This document shows positions 49,701 through 62,600 of a stretch of DNA of 64,000 nt, piece after piece. The stretch comes from Azolla caroliniana. Its lineage: Eukaryota > Plantae > Polypodiophyta. The DNA lies in contig JBHGNT010000011.1 in the NCBI GenBank assembly GCA_043228905.1, positions 1,116,001-1,180,000 of the forward strand, read 5' to 3'. The stretch's first letter is position 1; each line of letters starts with the position of its first letter. The notes below the pieces were generated by a model. It had not been told where the DNA came from, did not search any database, and was given only the letters and a program-made list of their open reading frames with translations. The translations under genes were made by a program, and so were the position numbers.

Positions 49701-50838
49701 ATATACTAAGATGGCACATTTTGTGCCGTGTACTAAGGCCATCACTAGCGAGGAAACCGCCGCCCTTGTCATGCGTGAGGTATTTCGGCATCATGGCCTC
49801 CCAGACAGTATCATCAGTGTCTGAGGACCTCAATTCGTCTCCAAATTTTGGCAGCATCTCTTCAAGATGCTCATGGTCTCTTGCAACCTCTCCTCCGGCT
49901 ACCATCCCCAGACCGATGGGCAGGCGGAACGAACAAACCAAACGCTGGAACAATATGTCCGGTGTTTTCTGAGTTATCAACAGGACGATTGGGCCGAGAT
50001 TCTCCACTTTGCGGATTTTGCATATAATAATGTTGTTCACTCATTGACTCAGGTCTCCCCATTTTACGCTTATACCGGTTCTCATCCTCGCTGGTCGGTG
50101 ATCGACACCCCGGAGCTACCTACCAATCCTCGTGCCGAGGATCATTTGGAGAGGCTACGCAAGATCCAGATGGATCTCTCTACTCATCTTCGTCATGCTC
50201 AACACACACAGAAGACTTATGCGGATCGTCATCGGCTTCCCTCCTCTTTTGCCATCGGAGATCGAGTATGGCTCTTACGTCGTCACATCAAGACTACTCG
50301 ACCGTGTGACAAGTTGGATTATCGACGACTCGGTCCTTTCCGTATTACTAGTAAGGTTAATGATGTCACGTTCCGCCTTGATCTCCCTCCACATCTTTAG
50401 ATACATCCGGTTTTCTATAGCTCTCTTCTTGAACCTTATAAAGCAAACACTATTCCCGATCGTGTTACGCCACCGCTACCCCCGCTTGAGTTGGAAGTCG
50501 GCCCGGAGTATGAAGTTGTTGTCGTCCTCGATTCCAAACTTGTTCGCAACAAACTTTATTATTTGGTCGATTGGCTCAGCTATAGTCCAAGCGACCGTAC
50601 TTGGGAAACTGTCGAGCATGTCACCAATGCTCAGGATCTTCTTGCTGAGTTCCACCGAAAGTATCCGGACAAACCCGGTCCACAATCAGCGCTGACTCGT
50701 TCCACTCGTCGTCTTAAGAGGGAGATAATGTCATGATATGGCAAGACTCGAATCTGTGACCTTATGTTATATGGGTCGAGCTCTTGACCATTATACCATC
50801 TATTATAATACGTAGGATATTATTTTCATTTAAGTTTT

Positions 50839-50926
50839 TGTTGCAGAAAAGGTCGTCTATGCGGAAGATCAAGAAGCATTCGATTCTGTTCTGTACCTGC
50901 GTATGACAGTTTCTAGGTCGTTGCAC

Positions 50927-50969
<43 letters not shown>

Positions 50970-53900
50970 CACAAAAGAGTCTTTCTATTCCATAAAGCAA
51001 TAATACAACCCAACCTTACAAAAAGGTTACAAGGTCACTATATATAGTGACAGACTTAGGGCATCTACCATTTATGCTAATTACACAAATGGCCCAAACT
51101 TGATCTATACAAAGGGATAGTGTGAATACGTCCATTATACACTTGTATTCGACACTCCCCCGTAATGGGCGTATACATGGGTTATCTAAGATTACAGGCA
51201 TAAACCTAGGTTCTCGGACATATCAGTTTTGTTCGAGTCGGCAGGGTCCGAAGGCAGAAGACCGAACTGGTCGGGTCGGAAGAGTTGAAGCCGATCATTA
51301 AGGAACTGATGTCGGTTGTCGGAAGCCATCTTGCGATGTGTCCGGCTCTAACCAGACTGGTTTGTCGTTACGCCCATCTGATGCCGAAGGGACCGAAAGC
51401 GGTCTGCCGAAAGACACTTGGTCATTCCATCTGCGACATTGTCGGTTGTGGATATTTTCTCTAGACCGATTTTCCCTGAAATGACGCTGTCCCGAACGAA
51501 GTGATATCGAACGTCGATATGTTTGGAGGCGTTGTGGTGAACCGGATTTTTCGACAAGGCAACAGCACCTTGACTGTCGCTATAGACAACTGGGGCCGAG
51601 TCATGGTCGACTTGTCGAAACGTGTGCGCCAGCCGGCCGAGCCACAAAGCTTCTTTTGCAGTGTCGGACGCAGCTACATATTCTGCTTCGGTCGTTGAGG
51701 TCGCTGTGCACTCCTGAAGTTTCGACTTCCACGAAATTGCTCCATTGCCGAATTTGAAGCAGTATCCAGTTGTTGATTTCCGACTGTCTATACAGCCGGC
51801 GAAGTCCGAGTCGGTGTAACCGACTACGCCTGAGGTTCGGTTCGGACCGAAAAGAATGTCGTGATCTTTTGTTCCAGCCAGATATTTGAACACATGCTTG
51901 ACTGCGTTCCAATGCGATCGGCCAGGATTGTGCATAAATCTGCTAACGACTCCTACGGCATGAGAGATATCAGGCCGTGTCGCGACCATCAGGTACATAA
52001 GGGAGCCGACTGCCGGTGTATACGGTACCGACTTCATATCTTCCCCCTCCGGACCGGATGTCGGGCAGTCTCGCTGAGAGAGCCGAAGATTCATGGGGAG
52101 CGGGGTTGAAGCAGATTTGGCTGATTGCATGTTGAAGCGTTCCAAGACACGTTCGATATAGTCGGTCTGAGACAAAAAAAGATGTCGTTTATCGCGATGC
52201 CGACTAATCTTCATGCCAAGGATGTGTCGTGCCGGACCGAGGTCCTTCATGGCAAACTTCAACCGCAGTTGCCGAATGAGATCGGCAAGTTCGCCCGCGT
52301 GGCGTCCAGAAATTAGCATGTCGTCCACGTAAATGATGAGGAAGATGGGTGATCCATCTTGAGCTGCGTTGGTAAAAAGACAATGGTCCTCATCGCTTTT
52401 TGAGAAGCCGATCGATTGGATGAAGTCGTCGAACTTCTTGTACCATTGTCGCGGTGCCTGTTTGAGGCCGTATAGACTCTTCCTGAGTCGGCAGACTAGA
52501 TGTTCTTGGCCAGTTGCCACGAAGCCTTTTGGCTGCTCCATATAAATTTCCTCTTCAAGATCACCATGGAGGAAGGCTGTTTTGACATCTAGCTGAATCA
52601 GCTCCAAGTTGTCGGCCGCCACTACGCCGAGTAGAAAACGAAGGGTTGTCATTTTCACCACTGGTGAAAAAATCTCGTCGAAGTCGACGCCATATTCTTG
52701 TCGGAAGCCCTTCGCAACTAATCTGGCCTTGTACTTTGGGGTGGTCGAATCAGATGTCTCTTTTAGTCGATAAACCCACTTGCAAGGAAGAGCACGTCGA
52801 TTCTTAGGTAATTCAACCAGATCCCAAGTCTTGTTTGCCCGAATGGAGTGCATTTCCGACTCCATCGCCAGATGCCAGGTGGCTGAATCGACAGATGTCG
52901 ATGCTTCTTCGTAAGACGTCGGTTCGCCGGCGTCGGTGAAGAAAATTCCAGGAGAATACCTCTCCGGAGGTTGCGACAGTCTCTCGGATCGCCGAGGTAT
53001 GATTGGACTGGTCGCATCGGGTATCGAGGTCGGATGGTCCGAAAGCGAATCATTCGGCTGTGCCGAGTCCGAGTTGTCCGAGTCGGTGGTGTAAGGTTCA
53101 GCTACCCGTGAAGCTGACCGTGTGTTAAGAGCGGGGCCTTCTTGAAGGGTCGGCACATCGGAAAATGTTACCCTTCGGACTTCGATCGGTTTTCGATTGA
53201 TGGATTCATAGCCGACTCGTTGAACACAACGTCCGAACTTCGAACGATTTGTCTGCGTTCGGGGTCCCAGAGTCGGTATCCCATTTCGCCGTCGGATCCA
53301 TATCCAAGGAAAATGCATTTCCTGGACCGAGGTGCAAGTTTTCGGCGATCATCTTTCGGAATAAGGGCGTACGCCTCGCATCCGAAGATCCTCAGCTTGT
53401 CGTAATTCGGCTTACTGCCGATCCATAGTTCCTGAGGAATTTGAAGTCCTAGAGGTCTGCTTGGCGACATATTGATTATGTGTACTGCCGTGAGTAGAGC
53501 CTCTGCCCAGAAGCCATCCGACAGTCCGGAGTGTTGGAGCATGGAAACTATCCGTTCTTGGATTGTCTGATTCATGCGTTCTGCAATCCCGTTTTGCTCC
53601 GGACTGTGTGGTGCCGTAAATTCACGTCGGATGCCGCGTTGTCGGCAGAATTTGACGAATTCTTCTGATTTGAACTCTCCCCCATTGTCGGTCCAAAAGC
53701 ATTTCAGTTTTCGGTCAGTTTGATTTTCTACCATAGCGAGCCAATCGGAGAAGATCGAGAAGACACGATCTTTGGTGCGAATTGGATAAGCCCACACCTT
53801 TCGAGTCGAATCGTCAATAAAACTGACGAAGTAAGAGGCACCGCCAAGAGACTGATGCGGCATTGGGCCACAGACGTCCGAGTGGACTAAATCGAGAGGT

Positions 53901-56160
53901 CTCGTTTCTCTTGGTGCTGATGTCGGGTGTGATGCGGCTGCTTGTTTGCCATACTGGCAATGTTCGCAGAATTGATGGTCCGAGAAGGAGAGTTTAGGGA
54001 TGTATCCGGCTCTAGATAGGTGCGTAATGCCGGCCTTGCTGAGGTGTCCTAATCTTCTGTGCCATAGTGATGACACAGGAATATCCACCAAAAACAGGTT
54101 ACCCTCTCTGAGTGTAACATGTAACGGATACAGTGAGTGTATCTTGGGTCCTCTAGCAAGCAGGAGGTTCCCCCTGTGGAGTGTCCACCCTCCCGAAGAA
54201 AAACCGGCACGAATGCCGTCTTCATCTAGTTGTCCGACTGAGATCAATGGCCTTGAGAGCTCGGGTACATGTCGGACATTGTGAAGTACAAGTGTAGAGC
54301 CACCTGCAAGGTTGAGCTCTACTGTGCCGATTCCAATGATGTCATAGTGTTGCGAGTTGCCGACTCGAACTGAGTCGGAGTGACGGATCGTATACTGCCG
54401 AAATTGGGATCGATGAGGAGTCACGTGAAATGACGCGCCCGAATCTAAGAGCCATGTGCTCGATTCTTCAGTCGTGAGCAGAACTTCTGATCCGACTGGA
54501 TTTTCGATGGATAGTATATTCGGGTCGTTTGGTAGCACGTCAGCTGAGGAGCTGACGTAATTGATCTCCTCATGCCGGCCACTCTTCTTGTCTGATTTCT
54601 GAGACTTGTCGTTCTTGTTCTTGAGTGCGCGGCAGTCGGCTTTGATGTGTCCGGGTTTCTTGCAATAGTTGCAGATTCGATTATCCCGTGACTGGCTCCG
54701 TCTTCGCTGATTGTTCGGCTGCCGTGAGGAATCTCTTCCTCGTATGTTCGATCGGTCTGTCGAACCTTGTACTACGTAAGCGTCGTCTGTTGAGTCTTTG
54801 GCGAAAGACTTTCTCCGAGCTGCTTCGGTCAGGATTGCGCTCGTGACTTCGGAGTATTTAACAGCCGTGGTTGACGCGTTGCACACGGTTGTGACGAAAG
54901 TTTCCCATGATGAGGGAAGGCTGCTCATGAGTATCATTGCTCTGAGTTCATCCTCGATTGCCGTCCCCTGAGATGAGATTTGGGAGCTTATACTTTCGTA
55001 CTCATTGAGATGTGCTTGGACCGAATCGGATTCTTTCATCCGCAAGTTGTAGAGGCGCCGGATCAGAAACATCTTCGTTGCGGCGACCTTCTTTTCGTAA
55101 GTGTCCGACAGTGTTTTCCACAGTTCGAATGCTGTCGTACACGATTGCACCGTAAAGTATACCGATTCCGATAGGTGCATCCGAATCGTGGCGCGGACAA
55201 TTCTGTCCAGCTTCTGCCACTCAATTGGTTTGTATCCTTCTGGAGGTTCTTCATTTTCGATGGGATCGATTTGCCCCTTGACTATGAGATAGTCCTGCAT
55301 TTGCTCCTTCCAGAAGTTGAAGTTCGATCCATCGAACTTTCGTAGACTCATTTCTGACGAGACGGATGTTGATGCCATCAAATTTGGTTTCGGTTGACGA
55401 AGCTCGGTTCGGAGTTGACTACGAACCTTGTTGGAGTGCAGCCGGTTGGCTCACCCGATATCGTTCTAGTCGGATTTGAACCCGAGTCGGTTCGGCTTCG
55501 GATATATGTATTGTTGAACTTGCTCGAATTGACTCCGGTAACTTGAGGGACAGAACCGACTGGTCTTCCCGAATGTTGCCGAGTCGGAGTGAGCCCGGTT
55601 CGCTTCCGAATATATATGCCAAATGCCGATTATTGAAACCGATTGTCTGGACCGATTCTGCTTCGGGTGATTGCAGCGACGAGAGAGACGGATCCAACTG
55701 ATCCTCCCGAATGTCGATCAGCCGGATGAAGCACGAATTGGGGTTGTTGTCTTGAGACCGATCTGCACCGAGTGGTTACAATGAGCGGCGAGCAGCGTTT
55801 GATGACCTCTTCGGATGCCGTTTAACCGAGTGGAGCACGATCGTGTCAATGTTGCACAAGGGGATTTCACCTCGAGCGGTTACGATCACAAGGAACAGAG
55901 TACAACCGGCTGGCTTACTCCAAGCGAAGATGATCTAACGCGATGAGATGCAAGCCTCGTTTTTCTTCTTCTCTTTTCTTCGAATGACGCAAGAAACCGA
56001 ATGCTGTGCAGGCTGAGACGACGGCCGACAGCGGGATGAAGGACCGAATACTGTGCAGGCTCTGATACCAGATGTTGCAGACAAGGTCGTCTATGCGGAA
56101 GATCAAGAAGCATTTGATTCTGTTCTGTACCTGCGTATGACAGTTTCTAGGTCGTTGCAC

Positions 56161-56192
<32 letters not shown>

Positions 56193-56378
56193 GCACAAAA
56201 GAGTCTTTCTATTCCATAAAGCAATAATACAACCCAACCTTACAAAAAGGTTACAAGGTCACTATATATAATGACAGACTTAGGGCATCTACCATTTATG
56301 CTAATTACACAAATGGCCCAAACTTGATCTATACAAAGGGATAGTGTGAATACGTCCATTATACACTTGTATTCGACA
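50839..56378 (-). mobile_element. Ty1/Copia element E (Tnt1/Tork-like), nearly intact, flanks not duplicated
   Basis: LTRs 56073-56378 and 50839-51154 (3 substitutions plus a GA-tract length difference by eye), tRNA-iMet PBS 56059-56070, PPT 51155-51161. Flanks are GTTTT and CCTCC. Confidence 0.95.
51348..55378 (-). CDS. Copia E gag-PR-INT-RT-RNase H polyprotein with one frameshift near 53180-53200
   Basis: KFDGSNFNFWK, CNYCKKPGH, WLLDSGAS, VHSDVCGP, KARLVAKGF, QLDVKTAFLHG, SLYGLKQAPR, YVDD, YTDSD, ADGMTK. The two ORFs appear joined by a 1-nt indel in an A run. Confidence 0.92.
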
Positions 56379-56966
56379 CCTCCTTTGTCCACCGCGTATG
56401 CCCTCCGATTAGGCCCCCGGTCACTCTGATTGTACGCCGGTTTTCGTGCCTCGCGTGTTGCATGTGTCCCTTCTTTGGTTCAACTGTCTCCTCGTCTCGA
56501 GCACCTCGGCGTGCCATCTCTCTGTGTTCCGTGCTTGGCTTCCATAGGCTCTTCCCGTGCGTTGATTTCATCCTCTGAATACGCGCTCGTACTTCGGTCC
56601 TTAGGTGACCCCATTAAGCACTCCTTGTTTCTCCCTCACTCGCCGTACTCTCTCGCGGTAGAGCGTACCGTCATCTCGACCTTTGTGTCGGGGTCCTTCG
56701 CGGCTCTCGTTACCGCGTCATCCCGACTTGTGTCCTCTTGGTCCGCTTGGCCTCGCATGTCCTCCGGGACGCCGCGTTTTCCCTTCCCGGTGCATAGCCC
56801 TTTGCTCTCCACACACCATCCTCCGCTCTCGTCGTTCATCCGCCGATCCTGGCAACTCACCGCTCCGCCTTCCGTCCCATGCTTGCCTCTTAAAGGCTTG
56901 ACCAGACCGCTATCACCGGTCACTCGTTGCCGCTCTTCCAGGTGCATGCTTATTTCTTGGCCCTTC
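56379..56966 (-). mobile_element. Internal fragment of a third X-family copy (X3)
   Basis: Homologous to X2 36830-37300 and X1 46400-46700 (QRVTGDSGLVKPLRGK...STAREYGE). Confidence 0.85.
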
Positions 56967-56973
56967 CGCCTTT

Positions 56974-57649
56974 TGACATAATGTCCTTATGAGGGTAGTT
57001 AAGCCTCATATTTATACCTTTTCCTAGGCCCCTTGAATAGATGTGCCTTTCTAAAAGGCTCTCCATTCATTGGTTGTCCAAATCATGATAGTGCATGCAC
57101 CTATCATTCCTTCTATCCAATCATTGGTCCCCTTTTTAACATTAGTGAACATACCCTTCACTAATGTAAATATTAGTGACCTACCCTCACCAACGTTATG
57201 TGTACATAAAATTTACTATTGGTCAAAAAGTTTTTTTGCGTGTCCCAACTGACTCTATGTCATTGTCTACGAGCAAGTGCATTAAGTTAACCGCACAATA
57301 TTGTGGCCCATTTCAAATCCTTAAGCGAGTTGGTGAACATACCTGTCACTTATGTTATGTACAATAGTACCCTTCACTTATGTTATTTACTATGTTTTTG
57401 ACCAATAGTAAATGTTATGTACACATAACATAGGGGAGGGTAGGTCACTAATATTACATAAGTGAAGGGTATGTTCACTAATGTTAAAAAGGGACTAATG
57501 TGATTGGATAGAAGGAAGGATAGGTGCATGCACTATCATGATATGGACAACCAATGAATGGAGAGTCTTTTAGAAAGGTACATCTATTCAAGCAGCCTAG
57601 CGAGAGGTATAAACATGAGGCTTAGCTACCCTCATAGGGGATTACATCA
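56974..57649. repeat. Long foldback: ~255-bp imperfect inverted arms around a ~165-bp spacer carrying a Gypsy integrase C-terminal fragment
   Basis: 56974-~57229 is the reverse complement of ~57395-57649. The arm end plus spacer reads KFTIGQKVFLRV...KLTAQYCGPFQILKRVG (GPY/F motif). Confidence 0.88.
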
Positions 57650-58574
57650 GAAGGCTATTGTCTTAGACACCGGTGGTGCGGGCTAGGCTTTGATCTCGAT
57701 GATCGTGTTATCTCTTCCAACATATTAGTCATCCTAATATCCGGCAATATGGGACGTCGGTGGTAGGTTGGCTATGTCTAGAGCATAGCTCGAGGGTGGT
57801 GGAACGGGTTCTTCTATCCAATCTATTTTCCTTCTTTTTACTTTATTTTGGTGTATTGATTAGTAATAGACTCTTAACATGAAAAAACAATATTTGTGGT
57901 GTACACTAATGATGTATACCATAAGTTGGTGAGTCAAGAAGGTTTTGGATACATGGCACATTACCTTATGTGTAGAATGGTGGTGTTGAGTTTTTTATAT
58001 AGGATGGCATTCTCATCTTCCGTTTCATGAAAATGTGTTTCTTTGGCATGCAATGATCAGTGGGTTGCCTTTGGAGATGGCTTTAAAACGAAGACATATT
58101 TTGAATAGTACATCTTTTTTCAATATAATGATTGAGGAAGAGGACATACAAGTTAATTACATGCGTAGGTTCTAATTCCATTTGGGGTGTTATATCACAA
58201 TTTTAGGCATCATTAACTAACAATGTTTTGTCACCTTTAAAATAAGTTTTGACTGAGGGTGTTGGAGTTCTACCCACCCCATCATATTACATTGTGTTTG
58301 ATTATCTTAGCTATTAGGGTTGTGATATAATTGGAGCTTGAGAAATGGGTTCTTGTTTGATGTATTTTGTGGGGCACCAATACTCCAATACTTAGGCTAA
58401 AAGGGAAGTTGATTTAGCACTTTTCACAACTATGTTGTATAGGCACCTTGTCCCTAGAAGAGTTAGACTTATGCCATATAGTATTACAACACCTTAGAGG
58501 GTTTAGGGTTTACTTTGTCATAGTTGAGGTAGCATGGCTTTGCATTGTCATCTTGTTCTAATACAACACAAAAT

Positions 58575-58575
<1 letters not shown>

Positions 58576-58614
<39 letters not shown>
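58576..58614. repeat. (GA)n microsatellite
   Basis: Directly visible. Confidence 0.95.
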
Positions 58615-58618
<4 letters not shown>

Positions 58619-59658
58619 AGATAACTTTCTACCACCTAAGCCATTGGAGGATATGATACATTTGGCGTAGTAGAATTAATGGTTTGATGGTCCCCATAAG
58701 TGCCACAAGTACATCACGGAAAGTAACTAGCCTTACAGCACCTTAGCAAGTTTAGCTCAAAGCTTATATCGAGAGGAATTACATTTATGCTACAAGTCTC
58801 ACAACTTACAAGGTTTACCTTGGCATAAGATCCTCACACATTATACATAGCAAGGTTTCATTTATGTCAATTAATCATACAACATAGAGAAGAGCCTTGC
58901 ACATATGGTCTTCACAGGTTCTACCCCATAGAGTAATATTTATGACAATTTAGTCATGTGAACTCCTTAGTACAACAGACAAAAGCTCTCCTTACCATCA
59001 CAAGAAGACAAGGGCTCAACTATACTATACTAAGCCATAACTTAGTATGACAATTTAGTTATGTAAACTACTAAGTACAAGAGAATACAAGTGCTTGACT
59101 ATGTTATATTAAGCCATTACTTGCAGGAGCACGAAAAGAGGCTGGTTGCATGCATACTTTATATAAGATAAAGAAAGCATAGCATTGGTCCATGGTATAC
59201 CGATTTTGACAAACATGCGGAACTATCGAGATAGCTCAAAATAAGTAAAAATTGTTTGCAACACATTAATCATCACAGAAAAGAAGCAAACTTCAATTTA
59301 ATCAACAAGCAAGAAGTAACAAATAACCATCAAAATCATCCTTCAATCTTTATTGAAAGATTTCATCCTCTTGCCTTCTTTAAACGAAGAAACAAAAGGA
59401 GTGATTTTGGATGGATAGATAGATAGATAGCTAAATAAGTAGGTAGTATTCACGCCCATAAGTCCACTCATCCTCTCAATCTGACCTTCTGATGTCCATA
59501 TAAAATCTTGTTATAGCAGATGCAGTTGGAGGATATGCCTAAAAAGAGATAGATAGATAGATAGATTAATAGATAGATTAATATGCATTTCATATTGCAT
59601 ACATACATACATACATCAACACATATCAGTGACTTCTGTTCTTATATATAGTTAATTC

Positions 59659-62600
59659 CTATATGCATTTCCCCAATGTACTTGCAGCAGATTCAACATG
59701 TTGCAACAAAAACTCGTAGACCTTGCGCTTGACACGATCCAGGATTTGAACCACATGAAGATCCAGCGGCTTTTGCTTGTCGGATTCTATCACATCCACC
59801 CAATCATTCACTCTCTTGATCTGAGATAACATCAATGCAATCACATTGCTCTCTTTCTGAGCAATCTTAAGTTCGGAAGACCCATCAACTGTTACCACAT
59901 CAACCCCCCCACCACTGATGAATGAAAGTCGAAACCCAAATTCTAAGGCTTTCTCCACGAATTGCAAGAACCAACTCTGCATTTCATTCCTCAATAGATT
60001 TGCTAGTTCTAAAGTTGCTGTGGATGACCCACCACCATGTGACTTCTTAGATGATGCATCCCCAAGGAGAAAACCTGCTGCTTTTACAATATTTTCGGCC
60101 CCCGATGTGCCTAAGCTCCTCTTTAACGAGCTGGTTTTTAATGGTGAAGGATTCCTCAACTCTTGGCTTACACTTAACCTTTCACTGCCATGGAAACCTT
60201 TCTGTGGTGTGCTCAATGGCGTTCTCCTCACCGATGGAGAACTGGCTACCCTTTGGGTCGATGTTAATTGGGAGCTTATCGATGATTCATTCGGCTTCTT
60301 TGACAGATAATGCCCACTGTGTGGAATCAAAGAGTCTTTGACAGGAGAAGAGCTCTTTAGAACAGATGCAAATTGCTTGCTGAAATGTGATATGGAAGCT
60401 AGATCAACAGACAATGCGGCATTAACCCATGTCGATGCGCTTTTGAGTTTATTCTCATCCGAACAGATGTCAGAATCTTCTGGGCCACGGAGGCATGGTA
60501 TCGAGTGTACTACCAATGAGGCGGTCCGAAGAGATTGGTATAAACCAAAGAATTGGTCCATCGTTGGGGCGGGATTCTCCGGATCAGATGCCAGACAAAG
60601 CTCGGCAAACATGCTGAAAAAGAAACCAAACAAGATCCATTGTCAGATCCATTTCATATCATTGCTACATCCATTTCCCATGATTTGTTGGTTTACTACC
60701 CTAGCTACTTACATACTCCATAAATCCTTTATCAGAAGATTCTTTTCACATCAAAGTGCATCTATCCATGTGCATAAATGCACATAAACAGAACATGCAG
60801 ACACATAGTATGTCTCACCTCATGCATCTGATTACACTCTCGTGAGCCGAAGCTTCTTGTAATGCTCGAGCGGCTGTTTGTGATGCAGCATTTCTTTTCT
60901 GCATAACATCCTGTCAGGAAAACAGATACAAATCATGATTAATATTATTTAGAACTAATCAGCATACAGGACATCCAATGAAGGGCAACATTTGAAGCAC
61001 ATTTTCAGGACATTACAAGCACATTTGCAAGATATTGTACCTTGCCTAAGGACACAAGGTTTTGAGGTAGAGTGGACCAAGCTACACTACCATCCGTCCA
61101 CCTCTTATCATGGATGGCTGGGCGGTGTGAAATGGATGAATCTGAGTGAGACGAGCTCTTTTTCACAGAAGACATCGATGATGGCCGGTGAGACTTCGTG
61201 TCGGCCTTTTTCTGTATTTGATCAGCCTCTTGCTGTCCATAACAAACCATACACAATCAACACCTTTAACCACAACAAAATCAAGAGAAGGCATATGGAT
61301 CATATACAATCACAACCATAAAGATCACATACAATCAATACCAGACACACACACACACACACACAATATAGGCTAGGCCTTATCCAGGGTCATATACAAT
61401 CCATATCTCCAACTTGAGAAAGGAAGAAAGAAAGAAAAACCAACCATAACAGGTGCAGGGGTCTTGGGTTCCTTGGAGGTCCGAGCCGAGAGCTTGACCT
61501 TATCCGGGGTCTCTTCGGTGCTTTTCCTCATTGTCTTCATGGCCGAAGCGAGGAGGTCGACGCCTTTAGAGCTTGAGGTGGTGCCCGGGACGTAAATAGA
61601 GGACCTTCTTCGGCTCATGTCTCCGATACTAACACGCGGGGTGCGGCCCGTGCTGATAGACCTCTTTCCCGTGGTAGGCGATGATTGACGAGCCCGGCCG
61701 CTCGGAGATCCTTGCCAATTCCTACCACTCGGCGAGCTCTGCCTTATCTTACCTCCTGGAGACGCTTGCCGACTAACCTTACCGCTCGGTGACACTTGCC
61801 TAACCTTGCCACTAGGGGAACTTTGCCTGTACCTGGAAGGAACGATATATGCAACTTTCTTCAACCCTTCTTTCTCTGTAGATTCCTCGGTGGTCTCGGT
61901 ATGACTAGTTTCGTTCGCTTTTAGCGAAGCCCCACCATTGCCATTAGCATTAGCATTAGCATTAGCATTAGCATTAGCATTAGTATTCTCATTGCCACTA
62001 ACATTGCCACCGTTGGCATTGGCATTGGCATCTTCAGAAATGGTGTTTGCATTACTTGTTTTGGAAGGGGTAACATTCCGATTCGGGGTCGATGAACGGG
62101 GTTTGCTTGCTGGGGATGCGTCTCTGAATATCTTGGATTTCACCATTCTTCTCCTTGCCTTTGCAACTGCTTCTGCTTGATCGCTCTGCTGAAGATCTGT
62201 GTACACATTCTCTGTATCTTCAGCTATGCTCTTCTCCAGGGTAGTATTCACTGATGCCGTCTTCTCTCCTCCATATAAGCTCGATGCTTTCGCAGAAGCA
62301 GAAGAGTAGCGATTGTTGGCAGCCACCGTAGATCTATCCGAGAACCGATTCGCAGACAGTGGCTCCGGCTTGTTCGACCGGTGATCAGACAGCTTCGAAA
62401 GCTCTGAAGCACGGTAAGGATTAGCATCGGATGGTTTCAGAATCTCCAAGAGGCGATGATGATGCGAAGGGTAGTCAGTGGAAGGCCGAGGGTTGATCAT
62501 CGAGTCAGGAAGCTTATGAAAGTCCGAGTGTCGATGGGAACTAGAATTAGGGTAAGGGTTAGAGATGTGGCTGGGATTAGAGTTAGGGTTAGGGTTAGGG

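Larger units (their letters stand above)
31958..50838 (+). mobile_element. Tcn1-like chromovirus element B (degenerate), split by X1 at 34217-47740 and truncated by Copia E in its 3' LTR
   Basis: 5' LTR 31958-32398 (TGTCA..TGACA), gag 32468-33625, PR 33622-34216, RT/RH/INT/chromodomain 47741-50736 (YEVVVVLDS...YLVDWLSY..TWE), PPT AAGAGGGAGATAA, partial 3' LTR 50729-50838. Confidence 0.92.

Noticed and set aside
28119-50838. Recent horizontal transfer from fungi, given the Tf1/Tcn1-like features
   Set aside because: Tcn1-like chromoviruses are already known in non-seed plants, and nothing in this window tests transfer without a phylogeny.
53168-53318. Programmed frameshift in Copia E between integrase and RT
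   Set aside because: Copia pol is normally one frame. A 1-nt loss in an A run (mutation or sequencing error) explains it.
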